Assembly (NCBI GenBank): GCA_003427395.1
Contig: BFEA01000019.1
Location: 1,655,928 to 1,719,927, forward strand
DNA length: 64,000 nt
Direction: 5' to 3'
DNA from: Chara braunii
Lineage: Eukaryota > Plantae > Charophyceae
Positions 26,024-38,300 of this stretch are shown here, piece after piece. The translations under genes and the position numbers were made by a program. The stretch's first letter is position 1. Every line of letters begins with the position of its first letter. Below the pieces are notes generated by a model that was not told the DNA's origin, did not search any database, and saw only the letters and a list, made by a program, of their open reading frames with translations.

Positions 26024-26864
26024 ATGACGATGAGATTTTCAGACTCAACGCTCCCGCCCTAGCTGCTAGATCGAGTAGCATCCCATTGGGTGTGAAATCT
26101 TAGCTTCGTCACATCTGAAAAATCCATCCTTAAGACCACTCAGTCAAGCTGCTAACGCGCAAAAGTACCGCATCCTCATCATTTGTTTTATTTTTTAATT
26201 ATTTTTCTTCCGGCAGCTGGCTGCATTCTATTGGTGGGGTGCGCATCCTCATCATGAATGCATGTGGGCTACCTTTCTGGGCCAATAGAGTCAGGATGAG
26301 GGTGGTTTGTGTCGGGGGGGAAGGCGGAAGTGCAACTCAGCCCCTGCATTCTGATTGCAGAAATTGTTAATTGTCCTCGGTCAGCCGGTTAAACCACCCA
26401 GCTTACGTGTGTCCCAGCTATTTTGTTCCAATTTGTCCGGCAGGCTGGGAAAAAAAAAAAAAAAAAAAAAGCACAGTGTCCTTGGGGACCCGGCCTGCAG
26501 AACGGGAAAGGCTGGTGGCCCGAGGCAAAACAACGTGATCTTGCAGCCCACGCCAGGTCAGCGAAACTTGGCCTGCGGCACGGCTGTTTCCCAGGGCTGT
26601 TGTTCCCATGGGTGAGGGGCCACTGACAAAGAGGATTGAATTTAATGCCTGGATCTGGACGCATTTGTGGAGAGGTGCTGACAATCGCAATTGATATGCT
26701 TATACACATCCAGATTCAGGTGCTTAATCCTATCGTTGTTCCTCGTGGGACCTCGCTCCAGCTCGGACCCCCACAAATTCTGAATTTCTGAAACATAGGA
26801 TGCATAGCTATCATCTTTAGCCAAAGCCAGGTATTTACATAATCTTCTCAATATGTTTTTGAAT

Positions 26865-26950
26865 GGGACGCTGGGCCCATATCCCAGCACGTGTTGCTCC
26901 CCACGAATAGATTGGAGCATGTCTAATTCAAAAAAAAAACAAAAAAAAAA
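26865..26950 (+). mobile_element. L1 3' structured tail (short form) + poly(A)
   Basis: GGGACGCTGGGCCCATATCCCAGCACGTGTTGCTCCCCACGAATAGATTGGAGC, then an A-run. Confidence 0.75.
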
Positions 26951-27179
26951 CGTGATGGATGCATCTCCACTGAGGATAATGACCAGATGGAAACGAGATG
27001 GATGAAACATCTAAACGTTAGCAAGGAATCGCTAAGAAACGTGAAATGGTTCCCGCTGACCAGAGCCTCCCTGATGGTGCTAGTGGTGCCTGCTCTTATC
27101 AGCACCGCTAGCAGCAGCCCGGGTTGTTTTTTGTAAAAAATAAAAAATAAAAAAATAAAAAAGGAAATTCAGGAAACCT

Positions 27180-28152
27180 GCAAATCTGGCCTCCCTGCAA
27201 TGGCAGGTGGAGCACCGGTGCCTACCAACCAATAACTGGTTGATAGACAGGACCACCCTCGAACAGAAAGGACTCGCCCTCCCCTGGTGCAGACTATGCT
27301 CCAGTGCATTCCCATCAAGGAAGAAACCAGAAACAATAGAACACATTTTTCTACAATGCCTCGGAGCGGTTTGGGTTTGGCTCTGGCGATGGTGGGACAG
27401 AGTCTGGGATCAGCTTGGAACAGGGTCAACCTGGCCATGGGACTGGAAAGCCTTGTTGTTTGAAAGAAGGCCCTCTGAGCAGCCTGACGACTTCACTCTC
27501 AACATGTTTAAACTAGGACGCAGGGCAGTATTGTGGGCACTCTGGAGACGCCGTTGCACCTATGAAATGGAGGGCATGAGGTTGGAAGGGCCAGAATTTA
27601 CGGAGAGTATACAACAACAGATCCATACAAACATAACAGCACGGTGGGAGGAAGTTAAAGTACAAGTCAGACACACTCATACACCGAACGAAATAAAGCA
27701 AAGGATACAAGAATTCTGCAAAAGCTGGCTTGGGGGGGAAACAGGGGGGAGGTTAGGATAGGTAGAATGGAATGGGGAAAAAGGGGGACAAGGGGGGATG
27801 CAGGACAACAAGGGGATAACCAGAGACTACAGACTCCTCTTCCATGATTGGACCAAGCTGGTCGACTCAGTCCCAATGCGACCGAGTGGCGAATTCCCGG
27901 ATTTCTCCCCCCCTCAACCCCCCCCCCAGCTAACACCCTGGTAGGAATAGCATGGTATGGGGGAGAGAGATGAAAGGCAAGACTGACTGACAAAGGGGGA
28001 AGACGACAGGCCTGAGAGTCAAGAGACTGAAGAATGTCTAAGAAGAGTAGCTGGACTGCTAGGGAATATAGATAGAAACAGGCGGCCCCAAAGAAGAGCT
28101 GAAGAGGCAGATTTAGCTCACAACTAACAGTACTGGAAAATGAGTTCTTTCT

Positions 28153-28189
<37 letters not shown>

Positions 28190-28470
28190 AAAACAACCCG
28201 ATCGGATGCTAGATGTGCTGATAAGAGCAGACACGCCTAGCACCGTCGGGGAGGCTCCATCTATTGGTGGGGAGCAGCACCTGCTGGAAACCGGGCCCAG
28301 CGTCCCTTTGATACATCGTACAATGCAAAGAATGCTGTATGTTGTTCCCCGGGGCTGCGGTGCTGGACCCGTTTTCCAGCAGGTGCAGCTCCCCACCAAT
28401 GGATGGAGCAGCTGGAGGCCACTACTAGCGGGGGATGCTAGTATCACCTCCGCTAGTAGACAGCCAAGGC
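27180..28470 (+). mobile_element. 5'-truncated L1/Tx1 LINE: ORF2 C-terminal zinc finger (zf-RVT-like) and 3' UTR, with an opposite-strand tail copy at 28191-28306
   Basis: ORF 27207-27761 contains LPTNNWL..CRLC...ETIEHIFLQC and LWALWRRR, typical of the L1 ORF2 C-terminus. A tail variant lies at ~28357-28410. Confidence 0.85.
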
Positions 28471-28503
<33 letters not shown>

Positions 28504-29598
28504 GATAATCAAAATACCCATGCGGGGACCGCGCGAAAGAGTGCGTTAGCGGTGTGACAATGATAGTGGCGATGGCGCCCGATTGTTGGTTTGTGGTCAA
28601 GTGGAGCGCAGCGTCTAACCGTCTAACCCTGGAAGAGTTGATCCCTCAACAAGGCGCTTACCGTGCCGGGCACCGTAGCTGTGTGAGAGCTATGGCGGAA
28701 AGTGTTCAAGCGTAACCTAGCTCTTGAGTGGGCTAGGGAGCACCTCTGTGCTCTTACGTTTGGGCATCCCGCCATTCATACCATATCAACTAATCTACAT
28801 TTTAAACACTGGAGGATCTGTATTCGACCTTGCTTTGGGCTGAATACATCTTACATCTCATCTGGCCAAATTAAGGAAGAAGTATCTGGCCTCATCTTCG
28901 GTTCAATAAGTTTGTTGAAGCTCGGAGGGGCTATGGGTAAAAGTGATGAAGAGCTATCGGCAGTGGCGTTGCTGCGGCAGTGGGAGAGCGCACAGCACCG
29001 GTGGGAGCGGTGATAGCTTCGACTTTGGCATGCCTCGTCGCATCCTCGAGATGAAAGCTGTATTCAAAGGAGGAAGTCCTCTGCCATCCGTCTAGTATCC
29101 CACCTCTACAATAACCTGGGCTTTATATAACAACAATAACAATAACAACAACAACAACAACAACAAAGGAGGAAGTCCTTTCATGCTCTTATGTGGGATA
29201 TTCTTGTGCTCCATACTTGGCCCTGTTCATGCGATAGATTCATTGATTACAAAGCAGGCTCAAAGGCAATTTCAATTGCTCTCGTCTTGCAGATAGCAGA
29301 TAGAAGCATCGTGGGATATTTGAATCATTGGACTCTTTACTTGGCTCTGCTCGTGGGATATTTGAATCATTGCACTCTTTACTTGGCTCTGCTCGTGGGA
29401 CATATAGCTTGATTACTTGCGCGCTGGGCAATTTGTCTTATTCGTCGTACTTATATATGTGTCATGTACCTGGCTGTAGATGTAGACTAGTGTGTCAAGT
29501 GCTTTTGGCCAGAGCCGTAGGCCAGATTCATAAAGTGAGACTAGTGTCACGAGATTTGCTGGGCGTGACCTTCGCATAAGAGTTCTGTGCAGTTGATT

Positions 29599-29649
<51 letters not shown>

Positions 29650-30101
29650 CAGAACCTCTCGGGTCTGGCTCCTGCCATTCTGGGGGAGCGACAGTCCAGT
29701 TCCTATCCCCCTGCAAGTCAAAAGTGAATACAATAGACACACACACACACGCTCCTCCCCATTCTGGTTGAGAGGTCCGAGTGGGCGGCATTGATTACTT
29801 CCTTTTGGGAAGGATATACCACGGAAATGTTTTCTACTTTTGCTATGCTGTCAGTCCAGAGTAGGTTGCGCACACACGACCTAGATATACTTGGTTCAGT
29901 GCTCTTTATACTGCTTTAACACAGTCTGGTTCTGCTTCTGCATGGGAAAATTAAGTATTGGGGCTGAGTTCTGGGCCAAATACATTGATTTTGGCCTGTT
30001 AGCAAGACTGAGGGACACAGATTACTGCGCAGACAGTGACAAGGGCAGGACGCATGTTACATGTATACGTTTCTTTTTTTTTTTTTTTTTTTTTTTTTTT
30101 T

Positions 30102-30163
30102 GGAATAAGGCTCCAATCTATTCGTTGGGAGCAACACGTGCTGGGAACCGGGCTCAGCGTCCC
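30102..30163 (-). mobile_element. L1 3' structured tail (short form) + poly(A)
   Basis: Reverse complement is GGGACGCTGAGCCCGGTTCCCAGCACGTGTTGCTCCCAACGAATAGATTGGAGCC, then an A-run. Confidence 0.75.
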
Positions 30164-30169
30164 ATATGG

Positions 30170-30600
30170 AAATTTACATAGAATTTTGAATGTTTGAGAT
30201 ACCAGGGCCATTACCTATCTTCGCTTTGACATACACCCATCAACCATCTTGCCTATCATATTCGCATGCTATGGGTGTGATCCGTGAGGAGGGGGGAATC
30301 CATATGGCCACTCCCGAGTCTCCTGTTGAAGCCCCAAACTTCGCCAGGGCTGAAAAGATGTATATGGCCATACCCACGTTTCTTTCGCCTTATGAGGGGG
30401 GGAGTGTGTGAGGTGCGTTTCCTAATGAAAATCACGTCCGACCAGTTTCCTGAGTTCTCTCCTTTTAGTATTTGTCAAATGGCGTCTCGCTTTTCCAGTG
30501 ATGCCTGCGCTAAACCATTCAAGTTAAGTGCTCTTATATCCAAATCGGCTTGTTTGAGTTTTTTTTCCCAGTCCAGGGCCTCCTTAAAGGGTGGGAGACC
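30170..30600 (-). pseudogene. L1 AP-endonuclease N-terminal fragment
   Basis: Minus-strand translation DLDIRALNLNGLAQASLEKRDAI*...WSDVIFI parallels LNVNGL...WSDIVRIQETH at 48270-48395. Confidence 0.75.
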
Positions 30601-32279
30601 TGTGGAGTGGGGGGAAGCACTGTGGGGGGTGGAGAGGGAGGTGGTTGGTACGGTACGCAATCCATTAGTTTAAAAGTCAATCTCCAAACAGCATCCCGTC
30701 GGATCGCAAAACTCTTCAGCACACGCTAAAAAAATGCGTCCGAAAAATCTTTCAAAACCAATTCCTGTTGAAGAGTCCGCACTCGATTTGGGATTTCAGT
30801 CCTGATCGAGGTATTCTTATCGATCCGATGCAGGTAGCTTCCATTGATGGCGCTCTTTTGCCTCTTACAGCCCCAGGATAAGTCGGACTACCCGTTGGGT
30901 ACGACAGAGAGGCTGTGCGAGACCTAAATAAACGCGCAGTAGTATAACTAGGGAGCACGAAACCAGTTAGGTCTTTAGAGCAAATCGCTCTGCAGCCGGC
31001 TTCGGCCGGCCATGATTAGATGGGTTCACGCTGAAGGAGAAAGCAAGGTAAGTTCTCAGCGGAGGGAGAAGAACTCCATCACGTAGAATAATCGAGGGCG
31101 ATGGGTGTAAGTTGAGGGCTAAGCTTCGAAAGAGACGAAGGCTAGGAAACTTCGGATCTTAACTAGAAGGCGGATCGAGCGGATGAGGAAAGGACTCAGA
31201 GGAGTTTTGCTTTTCAACTCCGAAGGTTATCACCGTAGGAAATAGACGCAAGAAGTTGATGGGAGGGAGGTAAAAATTTGAATGAGAGGAAGGCGAGAAG
31301 CGTCGGACTCATGCGAAAGGGGAGTCGTTGTTGCCGCGAATACCCTTACAAGGGTATCCGCCCTGGTTTTTGCGAGCGATAGAAAATAGGGTGGGTTAAA
31401 GTTTAAGTATACCACGTTAGGCAGGGAGGTTGACAGGGAGGTTGACTACGATAAAGAGTTCGTGGGGCGCGCAGGTTTAAGGCGCGAGTGAATCTTTTTT
31501 TTGTCGTTGATTATAAAGCAAGCGAGGACGCCGGCCGATCCGTTTCTATTCTTACCTTTATTTATATTTTATTTTTGATTAGACTAGGAGTTAAGGATAT
31601 TTTTCTCTGGTTGATACGGTTTATTGAGTTACGCACGCGTGCGAGGACGACGGCGTCGACGGCGGCAGGATGGTAGAGCTGGTACGCAGAGTAGCGCGAG
31701 TGGCGGTCGCGGTACAGCTTTGGTAAGTCGGCGCAGACGCTGGGCGGCCGCGCGCACGGTTGTAGGGAAGGATGGGGCTCAGGCCAGTTTCCTTGGCCCT
31801 GAGCGCAGCGCCGCACCGCCTTATATGGCACCCCACATATATTAGTCTCAGGCTTGGGCTTAGCCCTATAGGTTACGACATTGGGTTGATGTTACAGAAA
31901 TTCGGGGATCGAGGCCAGCGGGCGTCGGCGCAGCGACTGCAGCGGAACGTCGCGGAAGGAACCGATGGGGTTGAGGGCCGCCAGGGCTATCCCCCTCGGT
32001 TTTGTTTTCGGGCGTGACGGCGGGCCCGGTCCGCGGGACTGGCGGGGCGCCAGCAGCCCGCTGTTCCCCGATATTATTGTTATTTTATTTTATTTCTCTT
32101 TTTTTGTTTTATTTATCGCGTTCCGTTCGGGGACGCGAGACGGCGGTGGGATCGCATGCGGGGTGCTGTATTCGCGGTGCTGCCTGTAGTGCAATTACAA
32201 ACTATTTTCGTGACAACGCTGGAGCCGCGCCCCGTTTTGCCCTGGGACGTGGCGCAGTGGGGGCGCGGCTGGCGCCCAT

Positions 32280-32351
32280 GAGCCTAGCTCAGTGGGTGCA
32301 ACATTGAACTGTTAAAATACGGACCTATGTTCGAGCCAGATGAAGGGGCTC
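32280..32351 (+). pseudogene. tRNA-like sequence (Asn-GTT-like loop) with Pol III A and B boxes
   Basis: A box TAGCTCAGTGG at 32285-32295, loop CTGTTAA at 32309-32315, B box GTTCGAGCC at 32329-32337, and GAGCC/GGCTC closing stem. The arms are degenerate, so it is not a functional tRNA. Confidence 0.5.
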
Positions 32352-32430
32352 GATGAGTAGAACCAGCTATTTTGAGCTGGCCTGGGGCTGCTTAGGTCCA
32401 GAAGGGCAGCGGGGCGTTGCCCCGGTAGGA

Positions 32431-32524
32431 GTCCTTCGGGACATCCGTCAAAATTGGAACGATACAGAGAAGCTTAGCACCGCTCCTGCGCAAGGATGAT
32501 ACGCCTAAGTGAGAGAAGGGCCCG
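32431..32524 (+). ncRNA. U6: Near full-length divergent U6 snRNA-like sequence
   Basis: GTCCTTCGGGACATCCGTCAAAATTGGAACGATACAGAGAAGCTTAGCACCGCTCCTGCGCAAGGATGATACGC has the 5' stem-loop, ACAGAGA box and AGC triad. There is no oligo-T terminator or poly(A). Confidence 0.9.
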
Positions 32525-34569
32525 ACAACGGAGCGGGGGAGGCAGGGCCGAAGCCGACGGGGTGGTAAAGACATGCGGCCGGATCTGGGCGGGATCCGGT
32601 GTAGGATGCATGCGGGGCACTAGTCCCAGTTGGCTTCAGCGAGGAGGAAAAGGGCGACGAGCTGGAGCAGCGGCGGCAGTGCTAGGGAGCAGCGGGCGGT
32701 GCGATAGCGCACAGGGAAGTACCCGGGCTGTAGACCGGAGCGGGTGAAGAGGGAGAGGGGAGAGCGCTAACGCAGTGAGGCGCTGTGCGCTGTCGGGCGC
32801 AGGAGTAGTGACGGGTACGAAGAACGAGCTATGGGAGAAGTGGAAAAGTTTGATATGTCGCTCGATTCTTGATGAAATCGAGCGAAGTAAAAGGCTAAAC
32901 TGGGGTTTTGTGGAGCTGCGAGGCGGATGGTGCAGTCAGAATGGCCAATGAGATGGTGAGTGGGGCGGTGCACGGGAAAGGTGGTGCGTGAAGCCATGGC
33001 GGAGTGAATAGGAGGAAGAGAAGAATCGATACCTCACTCGATTCTCCATGGAATAGAGTGAAAGAAGATGGAAACTTCTGGTTCGGGCGTGCGGCGAATC
33101 CATTAGGAGTGTCAGAATAGCAGGAGGATTAGTGTAGAGGGAGAAACAATAGGGAGAGGCCTCCGCAGACATGGCTACGGGTGAGGGGAGGTGACGGAAG
33201 GAGAACGATTGCTCGCCCGTTCCGTAGCAGAAACCGGCGAAAGGGGGGTCGATCCTAGCATTTTGAGGGTAGGCGAGTTAGATTATGAGCTTAGTTTTTT
33301 GTGTTAGTAGTTAGGCCACGAGACATGATGGATAGAAACTGCGCGCCGGGGAGGAAAATACCGGAAAGGGAGCGAATGCACCGGGCGTGAAAATCACGCC
33401 AGATTCATTCGAAGAAAGTGATGGGAAAGAAGGCGAAAGCGGGGTAGATAGGGAATAAGGGAGATGTGACCGTGCATGGCGGAGGGAGAATTGTGCCTGG
33501 GCGGAGGCGGGGAGGACAGGCAGCCAGGGTGCAAAAGAGGGAACCTGGATGCGATTTCGCGCTAGGTACGTTCAAAGGTGAGAACAGAGAAGAATGCTCG
33601 AACTCACCTTATTCTTGACTAAATCGAGTCAGGAAAGAAGGAAGGTGGGGGTTCTGGAGAAAGGCGAACACGATTTCGAAGCCGGAAATTGCAAAAGGTT
33701 AGAAAAAAAGGAGCTACAGAGAGAATGGTTTGCGCCAAGATATGGCGGAAGGAGGAGACGAAGAGGTGGGAGCGAGCTTACCTTGCTCGATCCGTAGCAG
33801 AAAGAGGGAGAAAGCGAGGGTTATATACGCCATCATTGCGACTGCTTGCGTACGCTTGCATCGCGAGTCGATATGAGTTGGCCCTGCGTCTGCGCAGTTT
33901 TATGCAAAGTCTCGCGCGCGACGCCTATTCGATTTTTGCCTCGAAAAGTTATGGGATGGCTACCGAGGGGCTAGGAGCATTATCGCGTTGTTTGTGTTGT
34001 GTCGTTTCGTATATGTGTTGTTTTGTGTGTATGTGTGTAAGTAAAGTGGAGTGCGCATGGTGTGTGGGATGCATCCTAGTCGACCGACGTCGAATCGCGC
34101 TTGGGACTTCAGCCCCCCAAGCTGTCGGTTCCCGTACGGGTCCGATAAAGGCGTATTACCGCGCGTACCCCCTATGCTACAGCGAACGAGAAACGCCCTC
34201 GGCTGGTCCACCTCTGCNATTGCAACTGATTAGCTTTCGTACTGTGGACTGGTAGCTCGGCGGGGATACGCCCACCGAAGGGAGGTGACAGCTCCCGTAA
34301 GGTGTAGGTGAGTCGTGCCTCGCGTAGGCCCTATCCTGTCGTAGGGGCTCGCGAGAGGTATGGTTGGCGCACTCGGCCGGAGCGGCTTGTGGAAGCTCCA
34401 CATGTATTATCTGCGATGAAGGGTTTGAATCAACTCGTGCGTGATGCGGCCGGGAGGGTCCCGCGCCGCACTGTGCGGTGCCGGACTGATGCGCTCGACA
34501 TTGTAGAAGAAGGGAGAACTTCTAAGAGTTCATTGTTGCAACAGCCTACGCGACAGAACGACTAAGGAG

Positions 34570-34905
34570 GCGAAGGCGAGAAGCATCAGGTACGCGCCAA
34601 AGAAAGGGCGGAGGGGACATGGATTCTACCACTAATTCACGGGGCTCGAGAAGACAGGATTGGGACTAAGCGGGTAAGACCTCGGGTTATTCCGAACAAA
34701 CTTCGCATTTCCGTAGGAAGTTTGCTTTCTTAAATTTTCCACCGATCTTAACGTCGAAGGCGAGAAGTATCGGGCCTGCGCCAGAGAGAAGGTTGAGGGA
34801 GAACGGATTCTACCACTACCTTACGGGGTTGGGATTAGGTGGGGTGAGATCTCAGGTTGTTCCTCGCGCAAAGAGTTTACTTCTTAATTCCCGCCGATCC
34901 TAACG
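34570..34905 (+). repeat. ~185-bp diverged tandem duplication
   Basis: CGAAGGCGAGAAG...GGATTCTACCACTA...ACGGGG at 34571 and 34755; related start at ~31290. Confidence 0.7.
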
Positions 34906-37899
34906 GTTGAGTTACTCCATCGAAGGGATCGACATCGATCGAGTAGATAGGAATGTCGAGCTAGGTTGTGGCATAAGCCATAGGTTGGCACTTGAGGATG
35001 TAAGCAAGCTGATGCAGGAACCTTCAGGATCGTGTGAGGGAAGAGTTTGGTGATTTCATGGAAGACGGATCTCCGATTGCTTGATTTATTCGTAAAAAAA
35101 AAAAAAATTCGAACCTTTCGTTTCTTCGTACTCTTTCTCCATCGGGCGCTTTAATTTCTTCATACTAGTGAAACGCAGACTGAAGGCAAACAGGAATTGG
35201 GTACTAGCTCTCCCATCAGACCATCTGAACGAAAAGGGGGCAAGACGATTGCAAACTACTAGGGTTGGGAATTAGGGGTAGAATGGGTGGCGTGATTAAT
35301 TGCTCGTAAAAATCTTCATAAGATCTTCAACCTTGTTTTGATTTTCACCTCCTCTTTTCCTTAAGAAATCTGTTTCGATCTTCTTCGTTTATGCTTTGGG
35401 AACGGACTCGCTGAGAGAAACACTTGGAAATCCGAGGTGGAATGGGAGAAGGGGATAACTTTGTTACTCATTCTGTTTTGTTAGATGGATTGAAGCAATG
35501 ATCGAAGGACCAACACGGTCTAAGGGGGCTAGGGAGGATACCTTTCGGTAGTTCGGTCAAAAAGGAAAACTAGCAAGCAAGCATTCTTACTCTGAATCCA
35601 ATTCGACTCTGCAAGTTTTTCTGACTAATAGGAGTGGTCATCAATCGACGGCTTCGGACTTAAGGCCGGGGCTTGCCGGAACCTCTTATACGTCAGCGGG
35701 TTCAGAGGATCAACTGGGAAGGGGAAGATCTTCGGGCGAAGGGAAGTAGAGAGCAAACTAGAGATTCTTCAGTAATTCCGAATCAGATCGGGACAGTCTG
35801 TGAGAACCGACTTGATTAACGGGATATACAAACTCGTAGTAGCAAGAGGCAAGGGTAACTCTCCTTTGATTTAACTCTCGATCGTTCCAAATAGAAGTAT
35901 TAGTGGTCAGGTTTTGTACATCTGATCATGGCGCAATCCGAGTTTTGAAACTTCATCATGATGATAAGAGTAGCGTTTGCGGTTGGGGGAAATAAAGGTG
36001 ATTGGACGACTGTCGTACCCAAGTCCGAAGGCAATGTCTACGAGGAGGAGGCGGAGGAGACACGAATCAGAAGTTTTGAAGGACTGATCTGGACTGACGA
36101 TAAACAAGAATTGAATTTGTCATTCGACAATGCTTTTGCAAATTGCAGGATTCTAGATTGCGCCAAGGGTACGGTGACGACCTTTGAAAGGCGCAACCTC
36201 TTCCAAAATTGGAACAAGGAAAAACTTCGAGCCAGTTTCGGGAAGGAGCACAGATTGGAACCAGAATTGGGGTTGGTTGTGCTCTTTGAGTTCTTCGAGC
36301 GAAAGTGTTTTTGCACACTCGAACTCCTCAGCAAGAAGGGCAAGATCTGGGTACTGGAGCAGGGGGTAATGGACCCCATGATAGACCATTGGATTTTGGG
36401 ACAGTTGCTTGTAGGATTCGCCACGGCCAAGATGTTTGGGAAGGCTATTGTCGATCTGAACGATGATGAAATCTCGATCGTAAGAGGAGCATGTGACGTG
36501 GAGTCGGAAGGTTGGAAGGGGAGAGGAAGATGGGACTTACTTGCAATGGGAGTTGTCTTAGCTATGGCTTGGGGTCCTAGGGAGAATGAAGTCGTAAGCA
36601 TTCTCAGGAGCTTTGAACCCACCGAATGGGAAGGGTTTTATGTATCTCTCAAGGACTCTAGTTGCAAAGATTTTCCGCGAGGCAGATCCGGAAAAAACGA
36701 TCGACCCTCCAACTGGAAGCACTTTTTAAGTATGGGGAAGGAGCGTGGATGAAGAGTCTCGGATGTAAGAGACTTGGAAGGGACTTTCGCGACATCTTCC
36801 TGGAAGGAGGAGGAGGGAGTTTAAATTTGGCTATAACTTGGAGCACTGTTGGAGTTCGCCCGGTTCTAAGAAGACGTTCTGTCTTCATTCCGTTATCGTC
36901 GCAAAATTCACATGCGAAGGAAGAATCACCGACCAGAGGAACAATATTGCACCATCCCAGGTCATCGTCATCAGGACTGGATTCACCCATGTCCGTGGAC
37001 AGGTACCCGGATATGACCTAGGAGTTACCTTCTAACTATGGGGTCGCGAACTAATCATGGGAAAGGGTCAAATTGAAGAGGAGTCTTTTACCAGGCTTAA
37101 GATGCCAAACTCTTCGCTAAGCAATTCTCAACCATTCTTTAACCTGAAATTAGCTCGGGTGACCAGTTTAAAAAACGAGTCAGATGTCCAGGTCGGGTGA
37201 CCAGGTCGTTAATAGGAATGCTTCGCTCTAATCATTGAAGGAAGGAGGGGGGGGGGAGGGAGGATAATGTGATAGGAGAGGTAGGAAGTAAGTTCTAGCT
37301 AACCTCATCTGATCGTAAGGGTAGAACGATCTCCAAAGATTAATGACTATTTTCAAACTGCAAATCTATACTTTTGGAGGGGGGATAATGTGATAGGAGA
37401 AGTAAGAAGTAAGTTCTAGCTATCTAACCTCGAATGATCTTAAGGACAAAAGGATCTCCAAGGATTAAAGGTCTATTTTTTAAACTGCAAGTCTATACTT
37501 TTTATTGCAATTTTCTCTGTTTCTCTGCAGAAAGCCAATGGATATCCTCTGTATTGCAAGCAAATTCCTCTTTTTTTTCTACTCAACCCCTTTTCAATTC
37601 AATTGTCTCCCCATAATTAGACAAATTATCTCTGAAGATTATGTTGCTGTAACTTTACCTTGCTATTTCAAAATCACTGTAACCTACATTTTCTTGGATT
37701 TCAAAATATTGATCAAATCATGAGCTCGCTTAAGAGGAAGAAAGAATCCTCGAATCTAGGTATTACCTCAATGAAAGAGAAGGACCTGAGCTTTATTTTC
37801 AGTTAGATGACAAGATAGAACCCTGAAGGACCTAGGATATCTGCCGCTTTGTTAAAAAAAAAAAAAAAAAAAAANNNNNNNNNNNNNNNNNNNNNNNNN

Positions 37900-37934
<35 letters not shown>

Positions 37935-38123
37935 TTAGAAATCCCCAACCTCACTCCAAGGAGAGAACTTTTTCAAAAAGGATCCCTCAGACCAAATTGC
38001 TATTTTCAAAAAGAAGGGGGAAAGAATTGCAAAAAAGTCGTGTACAAAGCCTTGCTCAAACCAAGGGTTCCAAGGACACCATTTTTCACACAAACCTATC
38101 CCAAGAATAGTTGTCTCTTACTT

Positions 38124-38189
<66 letters not shown>

Positions 38190-38235
38190 TTTTTTCTCTC
38201 TCTTTCTCTCCCTCTCTCTCTCTATCGTTTTCTCT

Positions 38236-38300
<65 letters not shown>

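Noticed and set aside
26865-26918. Pistol or HDV-like ribozyme reading of the LINE tail
   Set aside because: There is a superficial CGTG..CCACG..AATAG resemblance to pistol, but P2/P3 and the catalytic residues are absent; HDV topology also does not fit.
28191-28306. The tail as a stand-alone tRNA-derived SINE
   Set aside because: No A/B boxes; TSD-bounded copies include upstream LINE 3' UTR (53746-54052, 44532-53013).
32244-32279. tRNA-iMet 5' half
   Set aside because: Similarity is limited to the A box and a CAT; it is explained equally well by the local GC hairpin.
35958-36752. 264-aa plus-strand ORF
   Set aside because: No recognisable domain; could be the antisense shadow of a decayed minus-strand ORF.
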